From assembly GCF_001194135.2 (NCBI RefSeq), contig NC_068984.1, forward strand, positions 107,665,966-107,708,185: a stretch of DNA of 42,220 nt. Direction: 5' to 3'. Below the pieces are notes generated by a model. It saw nothing but the letters and a program-made list of their open reading frames with translations, did no database searches and was not told the DNA's origin. The translations under genes were made by a program, and so were the position numbers. Positions 1-11,789 of this stretch are shown one piece after another (the first letter of the stretch is position 1; every line of letters begins with the position of its first letter). This DNA is from Octopus bimaculoides (Eukaryota).

Positions 1-43
<43 letters not shown>

Positions 44-740
44 TACGACCATTGGCAGTGAAGTTCGTATGTTAGATTGCTTTCTGATGATCGTTCCGGC
101 TTCCTATGTTCAAACTTTGCCAAGTCAATTCCGTCTTTCTTCCTCTCGCAGTCGATAAATAATAAAGTACCAACCGTTTACTGGAGCTGTTTAATATCTT
201 CCTCTCGCTCTGTCTGACTATAATTGTCCTGGAAGAAAATGGCTGCGGTTTGATCTGAATATATATGTATGTCGCAAGATCTAAAACGTACCCAAGACGT
301 ATTGTATGTCATCGCATCTCATAGAATTTCGCTAAGAAGTTCACGACCCAAAGTAAGACAGGATATATATGTGCGTGTGTGTGTGTGTGTACATATATAT
401 GTGTGTATGTGTACGTACATATATGTGTGTGTGTGTGTGCACGTATGCACATGTTTTATGAGTGTCCTCACGCGTCTATTTATGTATACAGCGCTCAGCT
501 TTATATCCGTTGAGTCATATGTTTATACATATAATGCTAATATACGAGTACTTATTGCCATTATCCCCCAATTTTCAGAAATTATTCCTATATTAGAAAT
601 ATATTCCTCTATTTCAGTCCACCTTATCTTACACAATATTCTACTACTGTAGTCAACTTCGCTTCCTGGACACCTTGTCTTTACAATTCTTAGTACTTCT
701 ATATTCCATGACACTTTACTTTATTCCCATTCTATCAATT

Positions 741-1122
741 GTGGAGGCGCAATGGCCTAGTGGTTAGGGCAGCGGACTCGCGGTCATAGGATCGCAGTTT
801 CGATTCCCAGACCGGGCGTTGTGAGTGTTTATTGAGCGAAAACACCTAAAGCTCCACGAGGCTCTGGCAGGGGATGGTGGCGAAGCCTGCTGTACTCTTC
901 CACCACAACTTTCTCTCACTCTTACTTCCTGTTTCTGTTGTGCCTGTAATTTAAAGGGTCAGCCTTGTCACACTGTGTCACGCTGACTATCCCCGAGAAC
1001 TACGTTAAGGGTACACGTGTCTGTGGAGTGCTCAGCCACTTGCACGTTAATTTCACGAGCAGGCTGTTCTGTTGATCGGATCAACTGGAACCCTCGACGT
1101 CGTAAGCGACGGAGTGCCAACT
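741..1122 (+). mobile_element. tRNA-derived SINE (type A), copy left of gap
   Basis: A-box TGGCCTAGTGG (753-763) and B-box-like GTTTCGATTCC (797-807). Preceded by ATTCTATCAATT (729-740), which recurs at 1615-1626 as a 12-bp TSD. Confidence 0.85.
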
Positions 1123-1232
1123 ATTNNNNNNNNNNNNNNNNNNNNNNNNNNNNNNNNNNNNNNNNNNNNNNNNNNNNNNNNNNNNNNNNNNNNNNNNNNN
1201 NNNNNNNNNNNNNNNNNNNNNNNNNNNCAATT

Positions 1233-1614
1233 GTGGAGGCGCAATGGCCTAGTGGTTAGGGCAGCGGACTCGCGGTCATAGGATCGCAGTTTCGATTCCC
1301 AGACCGGGCGTTGTGAGTGTTTATTGAGCGAAAACACCTAAAGCTCCACGAGGCTCTGGCAGGGGATGGTGGCGAAGCCTGCTGTACTCTTCCACCACAA
1401 CTTTCTCTCACTCTTACTTCCTGTTTCTGTTGTGCCTGTAATTTAAAGGGTCAGCCTTGTCACACTGTGTCACGCTGACTATCCCCGAGAACTACGTTAA
1501 GGGTACACGTGTCTGTGGAGTGCTCAGCCACTTGCACGTTAATTTCACGAGCAGGCTGTTCTGTTGATCGGATCAACTGGAACCCTCGACGTCGTAAGCG
1601 ACGGAGTGCCAACT
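1233..1614 (+). mobile_element. tRNA-derived SINE (type A), apparently identical copy right of gap
   Basis: Same 382-bp sequence as 741-1122 at all positions compared; followed by the TSD ATTCTATCAATT. Confidence 0.85.
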
Positions 1615-2703
1615 ATTCTATCAATTCCTTTGTTTAGTTTCGACGCTCGTTTTCCTCCACTCCATATCCTTCCTATCCTATTTTTATGTACGTCCGTATT
1701 ATTCAGTGAATGTTAATTTGTTCCACCACATTGATTTCTCACATTCTCTAATTCACTTAATTTCCCTTTCCCAAATTTGTAATCGTTTAATTACAGCCAA
1801 TGTATTCTCTTCCGCTGAAGAAATACAAACAACAGAAACGTTGTATTCCCCCAACCACCCACCCCATTATCAAACCAAATAAAATCACTCTACTATATTT
1901 CACTGCCACGCTATGGAATTTACGAATTAATATTTGTCAATGCGGACAACCACCTCGGATTCCGAATCTTACCTTTCTTTTCTTTTCTTTTCTTTTTTTA
2001 CTTTTTTTTTTCTTAAACGGCCATTGTCCTGTCAGATATATTTTATTTAAGATTATTTAAGTACGTTTATCTAAGCATACTCAACTATTTGTATGTTACT
2101 CTGTGCTTCATATGAATGTATCTATGTGGATGTTTGAGAGAGTGAGAGAGAGAGGGGGAGTGGAAGAGAGAAGGGAAAGGAGGCAAAAAAGAAAGATATT
2201 TAAATGTCAATGTTTTACATACATCTACTATCTGTGTACAGATGCATACACATGCATTTTCCCTACGCACACATACATAGATACATACATACATACATAC
2301 ATACATACATACATAGACACACTCACACACATATAGGCATACATACATATACATATGTATATGTATGTATATATATATATATGTATATATGTATGGGAGA
2401 ATTCACGAGAAAACAACAGACGAAGACAGGTGGTGTAAACAACAAATGGATGTATTAGTATACACCTCCCACACCTTCACATCACACCACGCTACACCAT
2501 ATCACACAAGATACCACCACGCACACACCAGCACTGACCAATTCCCATCCCCACATTTTCAAATCTTCACACCTAGATACACACATGCATACGTTAAGAT
2601 CACCAACATTCTCTCACGCTACCGTATGAATCTTCCAGACAGTAACACACTTTTTTTACGTAGACAAAGAGAAAAAAGTCTGTTACTGTCTGAGAGATTC
2701 TTA

Positions 2704-2903
2704 CGGTAGTTAGAAATGGAATTTCTTAACTCCTATTTCTAAATTCGGTATGTGGTGAAGCACCCTAATTATAATTACGTTAATAATTATAGAATATTTG
2801 TATAATTTTACATATAAAGGTTATTTTAACGTACCGATCTACTTGATAAAATTATTGATTGATTGATTAATTAATTAATTTTTACCCTTCTATTATTAAT
2901 TTT

Positions 2904-2908
<5 letters not shown>
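2704..2908 (-). repeat. Degenerate copy of palindrome-bearing interspersed repeat (same family as 40625-40905)
   Basis: Shares CTATTTCT-AA-TTCGGTATGTGGTGAAGCA and the AAGGGTAAA...AATAATTTT..CAAG...TCGGTA block with 40625-40905. Retains the residual inverted pair TTAGAAAT (2710-2717)/ATTTCTAA (2735-2742). Confidence 0.6.
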
Positions 2909-2945
<37 letters not shown>

Positions 2946-3386
2946 TTTCATACCTATTGAATTATGCTTCTCTGTGCGTGCGCATATGTATATATGTGTG
3001 TATGGGTATGAGTGTGAGTGTTTACCATAAAAACATATCTAATATATAATATTGAAATTTTTATTTTTTGTCAAATTCCTGCAAGGTAACGCCTGCAGAT
3101 TTTTTTCTTATTATGTTAGGTTAGACAACGTTCATAAATTTCTTGCTTATGCTATATTTATTCTATTTACAAGAATCAATATAGTTGTTCTTCAAAAGAT
3201 CTACGTTCTGGGTTGCATCACAAATAATAACAGCTGCATTAACACCTGATACCCACTCACGCCATTTTGTAAAATAGTAGTTTTAAAGAAAATTCCTATT
3301 AAAGATTATAAAATATATATTTTATATATTTTTTTAATGCATCAGCTTTAGGACGAGATTAAGTTTCTTCTATTTGATGCGCTTAT

Positions 3387-3612
3387 GGTGGGAAGATGGC
3401 GGGAGAGTTAGTACGCCGGGCGAAATTCTTAGCGGTATTTCGTCCGTCCTCACGTTCTATATTCAATTCACGCAGAGACCGACTTGCCTTTCATCCAACC
3501 GGTACTACTTTTACTGAAAATAAGTACCAGTTGAGTACTGAGATCGAGGTAACTGACTTAATCCCTCTCCCGAAATTGTTGGCCTTGTACCAAAATTTGG
3601 AAGCAGTATTTT
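3387..3612 (+). mobile_element. SINE type C, diverged
   Basis: GTTAGTACGCCGGGCGAAATTCTTAGCGGTATTTCG...AAAATAAGTACCAGTTG; colinear with the 26080 copy. Confidence 0.75.
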
Positions 3613-4199
3613 GTCTTTGATGTAATTTTATCTTAATTCTTCATCTTAATGTCTGAATATATATGAAGGAATAACACAGTAAATTTGTCGAATTGCTAGA
3701 GACACAAGCGAAATGTCATTCGATATTTGTTTCGGCTCTATACGTTTTAAGTTCAAATTTCACCGAAATCAACTTTTCGTTTTTATTCTTCCTCAATAAA
3801 ATATAGTACCTCTGAAATACTGGAGTCGATTTTGCCAGTTCACCGCCTTGTTTATATATACAGCTATTAAATGACAACCATGGAACAACTACTACAAGGA
3901 ACCTTACAGAAAGAGAATGCCTATTCAGTGAATTTAGACACTGCAACGAAATACAAGTATTTTGGAAAGAGAAAATATTTACATTCCCGAGGAGATAGTT
4001 GTTTAAAGAACAGTCATGGTGATATACTTAACCATAACAACATAGAAACAACGCACTAACACACACACACACACACACACAAACAAACAAGATTTTTAAA
4101 ATACAAATAATGACTGGAATTTTAATGTGGGTGATTAGTTTCTTGATTTGTAAGTAAAACATACACTAAACAAAGTTTGAACAGAAAGCATTTAGACAG

Positions 4200-4720
4200 A
4201 AAAAAGATTGCATGCGAGTATTATATGACAAAACCAAATGCCTTTCAACCCGAGAATTTTATGTGCATTCCTTGGAAATTTTAGAAAAAGTCTTCGAAGA
4301 GTGAAGTGACATCTCTGCACTCATTGAAGGATTCTTGAATGAATGCATATAGAAAGGTCGACTAGAAAAGCATTTGATTTTGTCACGTAATACTGGTTCC
4401 ATACTGGTAAGCAACTACTTGACAGAGATGGGCATCAAAACTGCCCCTCACTCCTCCTACAGCCTAAACTTAGCTTTCTGTGACTTTTTGTTTGTTTTCC
4501 AAACAGCCTCAAGGGCAGTTGCTTTGAACACGAAGGAGGCTGTGACAAGAGTTATGGATATCTTCACTTTGGAGGACTTCCATGGGGCCTTTACAAAGTA
4601 ACTAGAACATTACAACAAGTGCATTGAAGTTATAGGATTCTAGAAGATTAGAGTATTGTACTTATTTGAAATTAATAAATGTCTCTCCAAAACAAATGTC
4701 TCAAAACTTCTGGAATGCAC
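4200..4720 (+). mobile_element. mariner transposase C-terminal remnant
   Basis: Translation NYLTEMGIKTAPHSSYSLNLAFCDF resembles the mariner (H)PPYSPDLAPCDF motif, followed by EAVTRVMDIFTLEDFHGAFTK*LEHYNKCIEV. Stops and frameshifts present. Confidence 0.75.
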
Positions 4721-5111
4721 TTTTTGGCTATTGATGTGCAAGTGTTCATGATAACACAAGTCCACTAACGATCTTGAAGTTGTGCACTGTAGTGGATGGT
4801 GATAGAAACGATTTATGACAGGCCATTCAGAGACGAAATCCCGGGTGTTATACAAGTACCTGTAAATTAGACCCCTTAAAACCCAAAGAGGTGGAAAACC
4901 TAAAAGACAAAAAAAAATAAGAAACTACAGTACCAACCGGTTACTGAGATAGCTGTTCATGGGGCACTATCAGTTGCAGCCCCAAGTACGTCTAAATGAA
5001 GGATTTGACCTCTGTTCCATGACTCGTCATCGTTCTCTCCGAACACGTGGATTTTTACAAAGTGTAAATAAAAGATATTTTTATATTTTCTAACATCAGG
5101 CGTATCTTACA

Positions 5112-5576
5112 GGCGCAGGTGTGGCTGTGTGGTAAGAAGCTTGCTTTGCAGCCACATGGTTATGGGTTCAGCCCCACTTCGCGACACGTTGGGCAAGTAT
5201 CTTCGACTAATGCCACGAGCCGACTACAGCCTTGTGAGTGGCTTTGGTAGACAGAATGTGAAAGAAACACGTCGTATATACATAAGAGTGTGTATGTGTG
5301 TGTGTTTGTGTATGTTTGTGTGTGTGTGCGTGTATGTGTGCGCGCGCGCGCATTTGTGTCATGTTCATCGTCAGCGCTAGACAACCGGTGTTGGTTTGTT
5401 TACGTTCCGGTAACCTTGCAGTTCGACAAAAGGAAAACTGATAGAATAAGTATGAAGTTTAGAAAATGAAATAAATACTGGGGTCGAGTCATTCAACTTA
5501 ACGTACTTCAATACAGTGCACCAGCATGGCCACAGTCTAATGACTGAAACAGATTAAAGATTAAAGATGAAAGATA
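5112..5576 (+). mobile_element. SINE type B with internal (TG)n
   Basis: Head GGCGCAGGTGTGGCTGTGTGGTAAGAAG...GGGTTCAGCCCC; central CCTTGTGAGTGGCTTTGGTAGACAG; tail CCAGCATGGCCACAGTCTAATGACTGAAAC. Colinear with 30997-31372. Confidence 0.8.
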
Positions 5577-5886
5577 TGAATTTCAAGATCCAAAACTTTT
5601 CAAAACTATAGATCTATTGTTTTTTGTAACCGACATCAAAAGTTTCGTCTTCTAAGATATTTTCTTTCTTTTTTTCTTTCGTCGTCAATTTTGTAAATAT
5701 GACTGCTTGTTATCAAATTAATAATTCCGTACCCAAGAAAACAAATAAAGAAAATACTTTTTAAAAAAAACTAAAATGACTAGTAAAAATGGAAGAAAGA
5801 TAAGCAGAAAAACACAATTATTTATCAGACATCAATAACATTTTAAGAAACAGCAAACAAAACAACAACGATAATAATAATCTATA

Positions 5887-6116
5887 TTTTATCTCTTACA
5901 AGTTTCAGTCATTGGAATGGACCATGCTGGGGCACCCTCTGAAGGATTTCATCGAACAACTGGATCCCAGTACTTGTTATTTTTATTCTAGCCTGATACT
6001 TATACCATCGTTCCCTTTTTGCCAAACTGCAAAGTTAAGAGGACGTAAGCAAACCATCACTGACTGTCAAACACGGTAGTGAGGGACAAATACATACACA
6101 GACACACACGCACGCA

Positions 6117-6178
<62 letters not shown>

Positions 6179-6342
6179 CATATATATATACGACGAGCTT
6201 CTTTCACTTTCCGTGAACCAACTCGTATCATCAGGCTACGCGTGGCACCAGGCTATGATAGCGACACTTGCAAAGGTGCTACGCAGTAAGACTGAACCTG
6301 TATCCATGTGGTTTGGAAGCAAACTTCCTACCACACAGCCAC
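5887..6342 (-). mobile_element. SINE type B with internal (TA)n, inverted relative to 5112 copy
   Basis: Reverse complement has the head GTGGCTGTGTGGTAGGAAG and the tail CCAGCATGGTCCATTCCAATGACTGAAAC. Confidence 0.75.
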
Positions 6343-6367
6343 AACAATAATACTTTCTCTTATGTGT

Positions 6368-6556
6368 ACAAGATCTGAAATTTTGTTGGTAAGGGGTAAT
6401 CGATTACATCGACCTCATACACAACTGGTACTTATCTTATTGACCCCGAAAGCATAAAGGCAAAATCCACGCCGGTGGTATTTGAACACAGAACGTAAAG
6501 AGGGACGAAATGCCACCAAGCATTTGTCGTGCTAACGATACCACCAGGTCACCGCC

Positions 6557-6557
<1 letters not shown>
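6368..6557 (-). mobile_element. SINE type C
   Basis: Reverse complement reads GGCGGTGACCTGGTGGTATCGTTAGCACGAC...GGGGTCAATAAGATAAGTACCAGTTG. Confidence 0.7.
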
Positions 6558-6608
<51 letters not shown>

Positions 6609-6648
6609 TAATAATAATAATAATGTTAATAAAAATAAGAATAATAAT
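6558..6648. repeat. (AAT)n microsatellite
   Basis: Read directly from sequence. Confidence 0.95.
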
Positions 6649-6649
6649 A

Positions 6650-7611
6650 CTATAGACTGGAAAACAAGAAAAATAATGACAGGATTTAGGATGCACCACC
6701 TAAAATCTGACATAGAAAAGTTATATATACAAGGTATCGAAATGGTAGAAGCCTTATACAGCTAGAAAACTATTACAAAGTAACCACCATAGGAATGCAG
6801 AAATACGTACTTCAGAAGCAGGGAAAACTAATAGAAATAGCCACAAACACGAACAAAACAAAAAACTGCTTTCAGTCTTTAAGGAAGCTGACAAATACAA
6901 AAAAGAAGTCATAGTACCTAACAGATATGAAGAAAAAGAAGAAACAACAAAAGCTGTAAAACAGCTGAAATCCAGACTAAAACTGGAACAGCAACGTATC
7001 ATGTTAAAACGATGGCAAGAAAAGCCCCTTCGTGGAAAATATTGGGTTAAATTTAACAGAAAAGAAATAGACAAAGCAAAGTCCCAACAATGGCTGAGAA
7101 GCTCAGGACTCAAAGCAGAGATTTAAGAATTTTTAATTGCAGCACAAGATCAAAACTTTCCCACCAGAAACTACCAAAAACATGTAATGAAAAAAAATAC
7201 AAGTAACTGCAGAATATGTGGAGATGGAGAAGAAACAATAAATCATATTATCTCTGGCTGCCCAGTCCTGGCTAAGAGGCAATATATTCACAGACATGAC
7301 AGAGTTGGGACCTATATATACTGGAAGCTATGCCAACACTATCGAATAACAACAGAGAAAAGATGGTATAGGCACACGCCAGTAAAGGTCACAGAAAATG
7401 AGAAAGCAACCATACTCTGGGATATACCAATACACACAGATAGAGAAATTAAGGCCAATACGCCGGATATACTTGTTAGAGGTCACCAAAAAGAAATTGC
7501 TTTCTAATCGATGTATCAATACCAACAGATGACAATGTTTCTCTAAATATTTGGAAATAGAGGTAACTTGAATGTGGAGTCTAAAAGCAGAAACAATTCC
7601 TATCATAGTAG
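6650..7611 (+). mobile_element. R4/Dong-like RLE non-LTR retrotransposon, truncated ORF fragment
   Basis: IDWKTRKIMTGFRMHH (post-RT region); WLRSSGLK; AAQDQ; CCHC knuckle CRICG..ETINHIISGC; RHD; PD-type endonuclease NTPDILV; MWSLKAETIPIIV. Frameshifted. The 5' junction is an (AAT)n array. Confidence 0.85.
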
Positions 7612-8433
7612 ATAACTACCCGTAGTTATCATTGAAGCATTGTCAAATCTATTGAAGCTTTGCATGTGATCTTCAAACAGTAACTGTAGAAAGCCCTTGA
7701 CAGTATGTGGAGGAGATGCAGTTACGACAATCATTATTTTCAAAACTCAGTACTGCCCAGAGCACAACCAGTATTGATACGTGATACACCTCTCTATAAA
7801 ACTGTCCCAGAATATCTGAGATGAAGAAATACGAAGGTTACCATAAAGAAAGTTGTTGACGATGTCAACTCCTGGCTCCTGGTTACTTTCGTATCATAAT
7901 AGTGGAAGCTGGTCGCTACTAGCATGCTTTCCATCACATGTGGAAGAGTGGGATCACTATGAACGTAAGGTCCTCGTATTCTCACAAAACCACAATATAT
8001 CACCATAACGAACCACACTTTAGTACACGCGATATAAAGGTTCTCAGACGGATCCCTTCTGAACAGAAAAAGCTATATGATACACATGTGGAAATGAAAG
8101 CAGGTTTATTGCTTTCAGCCATGCAGAACTAAAAAGAAATCAGTAACAGAAAGAAGTAGCGACGGATCACAAAGGTAGCTGTTCTTAAAACACTAGGAGG
8201 TACATCGGAGATGTTAGAATCGGTCGCTTGTCCTCATTTCTAGAATCTAACAAGGAAGTTAGATTCTAGAAATCGCCAATACAACAGCAGAAACAACGAC
8301 TTTCAGAAATAGCAGGCATACGTCGTCCACTTACAGTAGTGGGAAACAAATGAACGTCGAAAGGGACTGAAATAATAAAACGTAAGAAAACAACACCCAG
8401 CCCACAAATACTACTAAAAGGTAGTCAAGTAGT

Positions 8434-8790
8434 GTGAAGAGGGGCCCATGTCCTGCAGACAATAGCTTCTCTCTGGTTAGGAGGTATCTATCTTCTCAGA
8501 GAAGCCAATTACTCACTGTTGGCAAGATTTTTCACAGTGCTTTGAATAACCAACAGATATATCTCGTGGGGAAGTTATACGAATATCAAGAGAGTATTAT
8601 AGACGAACAGATAATTGGTGAAACGATGGGTTAAAATTAAAACACCATAAAACATATTGACATATGCTCAGTGAAAGAAAGTTATGTTACACTTCAATCA
8701 AACCCAATATTTGGCCCTTACTTGCCCTCTTCTACTCAAGAGATGTTCAAGAAAGATTCTATATTTAACGATCTTAAAAGCGACGTAGAA
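8434..8790 (+). mobile_element. Possible highly degenerate Penelope-like GIY-YIG fragment
   Basis: NQQIYLV...EQIIGETMG resembles the IY..C..YIGET motif and the better-preserved 20644 ORF. Weak. Confidence 0.3.
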
Positions 8791-9081
8791 GAAATAGAGG
8801 GCGTGACGAGCTGATAGTTTGGTAGTTTGTTTCCTATATATAAGAAGATCTGACTTTATAACAGACTAAACTTTTTTATCTTGCTTGTATCTTTTTTCTA
8901 TCACACTTCGTTTTTACAAACCTCGTTGTTTATATCTTATTTGTCAATCTTGCACGATTTTGACATTGTTGTATGAATGCACCTTCATCATAAATAACGA
9001 AAATTTTATTATCATTATTATTATCGACGACTCTCCCAGACAAAATTTCACGGCTTGTGCCCATAGCAGAAAGAATTACTG

Positions 9082-9834
9082 TTATTATTATTTTGGTTTG
9101 GCTCAGGTTCGGTCTTATTCCTGGTAGGATTTATGTGGGTCGCGGGTTAATACATGTAACCTTATCCACAAGTTTTTCAGCAGACTTTCAAGTGCTTAGG
9201 GCCCTCCTCATAACCCTTGCTGTCCCTAAGAGAAAACGTTCAGTTGGGGCTTTTCCGGGTTTTCTATTTCAATCTCTTTCAGCTATTTGTCTCTGTCTTT
9301 GTTTAACATTCCAACCCACCAATTATGATAGGCATTACCTTTATTGTTCACATACCCAAATTTTAAGGGATTGTATCTTTTTTTATTCCTCTTTCTTTAC
9401 GATCTTGGAATCAAACAGGCACGATGGGTGGATACGTAAGGAAATGCTCTTTTCGTTATCTATAATCGTTATGTCTGGTTTAATATTTTCCAACTACTTG
9501 TCTGTTTGAAGCGGAAAGTCCCACAAGATATTACATTTCTCCGACTCCGTTACCCCTCGACTCGATGATTGTACCATCTTTTGCAGCTTCAAATTACCAT
9601 TTCTGGCACAGTTTCCACTATAAAACTTTTACAACCTGGTCGTGCCTCTGTCAATTTGGAGCATTCTTCCAGAGTGTGTGCCACTTTCTCGTTCCAAGTT
9701 CCAGAGGCTCTACATTTTTCTGATACATTCTCCCCATATATATTTTTTCTCAAGTTGTTTCTTATCGCTTGATCCTGGGCTGCTACAATTAGGCTCTCTG
9801 TTTCTTTCCTTAATTGCCTTTTATAATTGCTTTT
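9082..9834 (-). mobile_element. R4/Dong-like 3' fragment
   Basis: Minus strand gives LRKETESLIVAAQDQAIRNN..KCRASG..EKVAHTLEECSKL and a C-terminal LGTARVMRRALST*. The 3' UTR ends in AATAATAATAA and the 5' junction is the 9835-9916 array. Confidence 0.75.
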
Positions 9835-9836
9835 AG

Positions 9837-9916
<80 letters not shown>
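9835..9916. repeat. (ATT)n microsatellite
   Basis: Read directly from sequence. Confidence 0.95.
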
Positions 9917-9917
<1 letters not shown>

Positions 9918-9924
9918 TCCTATT

Positions 9925-10452
9925 GTTTTTAATAGAGGCTGTGTGGTGGACTCGTTTGAAAAGTTTGAAGACAGGCACTTTCCTGTCTGGCAAAGCCTTC
10001 GTCAATTTCTTCAAATACCATTCGAAGATGAAGGTGAGAATAGAGAGGGAGGTACTGCCTTCTAGTGTATTTATCAAAAGGTGGTCGACAGTGTAAGACT
10101 GGTGAGACCGAATGGAGAAACTCTGAGTGTGCTTTTCTAAGCAGGAGGAAAGAAACTGGAAGATGGCACCTTCCCATGCCTTGGGGATGGCGGTGTAATC
10201 CGGAATTATTGTGTGGAGCTTACTCCGAATTAACGTGAGTAGATTTCCCCGCTATTGGAGATTATAATTATTTATATATTATTCATTTTTAAAAATTCTA
10301 TTATATATCCTGTGTTATAACCTTTAATGTGGCATTATCTCCCTTTGATTGATATAAGCCCCACCTGCTTTTGTATTTTTGTTTGTTTTATGTTTGTGTG
10401 CTGTAACTCGTTCTTCAGTATTGTCCTCCATGTTTTGGGCCCTTGTGACCAA
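9925..10452 (+). mobile_element. Probable L1/Tx1-like LINE 3' end (ORF2 C-terminus plus 3' UTR)
   Basis: EAVWWTRLKSLKTGTFLSGKAFVNFFKYHSKMKVRIEREVLPSSVFIKRWSTV, then after a frameshift VRLVRPNGETLSVLF*; resembles the Tx1-type ORF2 terminus (recognised by eye). The UTR ends TTGTCCTCCATGTTTTGGGCCCTTGTGACCAA. Confidence 0.45.
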
Positions 10453-10453
10453 C

Positions 10454-10665
10454 GGGGACGATCTGGTAGAATCGTTAGCACGCTGAACAAAATTCTTAGC
10501 AGCATTTCTTCTGGCTTTACGTTCTGAGTCAAGGTCGGTTCTGCCGTTCATCTCTTTCGGGGTTCGATAAAATAGACACCAGTTGAGAGCGGGGTGAGAT
10601 ATAATCGACTGTTACCCTCCCACAAAGTTTCAGGCATTGGGCCCATAGTAGAGACGATTATTATT
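10454..10665 (+). mobile_element. SINE type C
   Basis: CTGGTAGAATCGTTAGCACGC...TTTCGGGGTTCGATAAAATAGACACCAGTTG; ends in ATTATTATT. Confidence 0.7.
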
Positions 10666-10819
10666 AGGCAATGAGCTGTCTGAAACGTTAGCGCGTCAGA
10701 CAAAATGCTGATCCCGTTAACCTTTGACTTTCACGCTTAAAGCAAAATTTAACTGCATCTTTCATCCTTTTGGGGTCGATTAGATAGCTACCTGTGAAGT
10801 GCTGGGGTAGATGTAATTG
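10666..10819 (+). mobile_element. Second, tandem, diverged SINE type C
   Basis: GAGCTGTCTGAAACGTTAGCGCG...TTTCATCCTTTTGGGGTCGAT begins directly after the previous copy's ATT tail. Confidence 0.55.
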
Positions 10820-10848
10820 AGAAGCTCCCTTGCCTATAATAGAAAGTC

Positions 10849-10875
10849 AGTAGTAGTAGTGGCAGTAGTAGTAGC

Positions 10876-10919
<44 letters not shown>
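10849..10919. repeat. (AGT)n microsatellite
   Basis: Read directly from sequence. Confidence 0.95.
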
Positions 10920-11400
10920 ATTTTGCAGTATTAAGGCCAGGTCATTCAGGTTACAACGATCGTGTGATTACTGGAGATAGGGACAATGCAGATGAGTGCG
11001 CTCCTTATCAATTAAAGTGCCCCTATCTGACGCCACTTATGACGTACAAATGACGTGATGTTTTTGATACGAAACACAAATCAAAATAAAACAACCCGTC
11101 TCAACATCCTCACTCTCTCTCTCTTTTTCTCTCTCCCTAAACACACACAAAACATACGTCTACATGTATTTATATCTACACAATTTTGTACCTGTGTGTA
11201 TGCACTTGTATATATATATACACATATATACATGTGTATATATATATACGCACACATATACATATATAAACATATGTGTGTGTGTAAACATATATTGATT
11301 ACTTATATTCTGTTATAGATAAAAGCAATTTAACATTAAAATGAAAGATTATTCAATACTTTTTAAAAGAGTTAATATTTATTAATTTCTACAGAAAAAA

Positions 11401-11709
11401 TTGGCACATCGTCGGTTACGACGACGTGTGTATCAGTTGATCTGTTCAACGGAACAGCCTGCTCGTGAAATTAACGTACAAGTGGCTGAGCACTTCACAG
11501 ACAAGCGAACCCTTAACGTAGTTCTTCCGGAGATTCAGTGCAACACGTAATATGACAAGGCTGGCTTTTTGAAACAGAGATACTACTCATTTTTACTAGC
11601 TAAGGGCACTGGAGAAACGTGAAATAAAGTGTATTGCTCGAGAACAAAACGCACCAGTGGCGTTCGAACTTACGATGAAACGATCCTAACCTGATACCCT
11701 AACCACTAA
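11401..11709 (-). mobile_element. tRNA-derived SINE (type D) sharing its 3' tail with type A
   Basis: Reverse complement has TAGTGGTTAGGG...GTTCGAACGCC as head; 11401-11563 aligns to 960-1120 of type A. Confidence 0.75.
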
Positions 11710-11741
11710 TTTTTACAAAAGATAGATTAACGGTGAATTGA

Positions 11742-11789
<48 letters not shown>

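Noticed and set aside
741-810. tRNA gene
   Set aside because: A/B boxes are present, but the sequence continues into a SINE body and tail with a TSD and no full cloverleaf is evident. The same applies to the other SINE heads.
6190-6235. CTGATGA...GAAA...GTC on the minus strand
   Set aside because: It lies in the SINE B core, and stems II and III do not pair.
7620-7900. Possible LINE RT traces (KALDSMWR, VDDV)
   Set aside because: Motifs are short, lie in different frames, and lack the QG motif.
8805-8830. GTGACGAGCTGATAG, possible hammerhead relic after the weak GIY-YIG fragment
   Set aside because: No GAAA and no pairing partner; too decayed to call.
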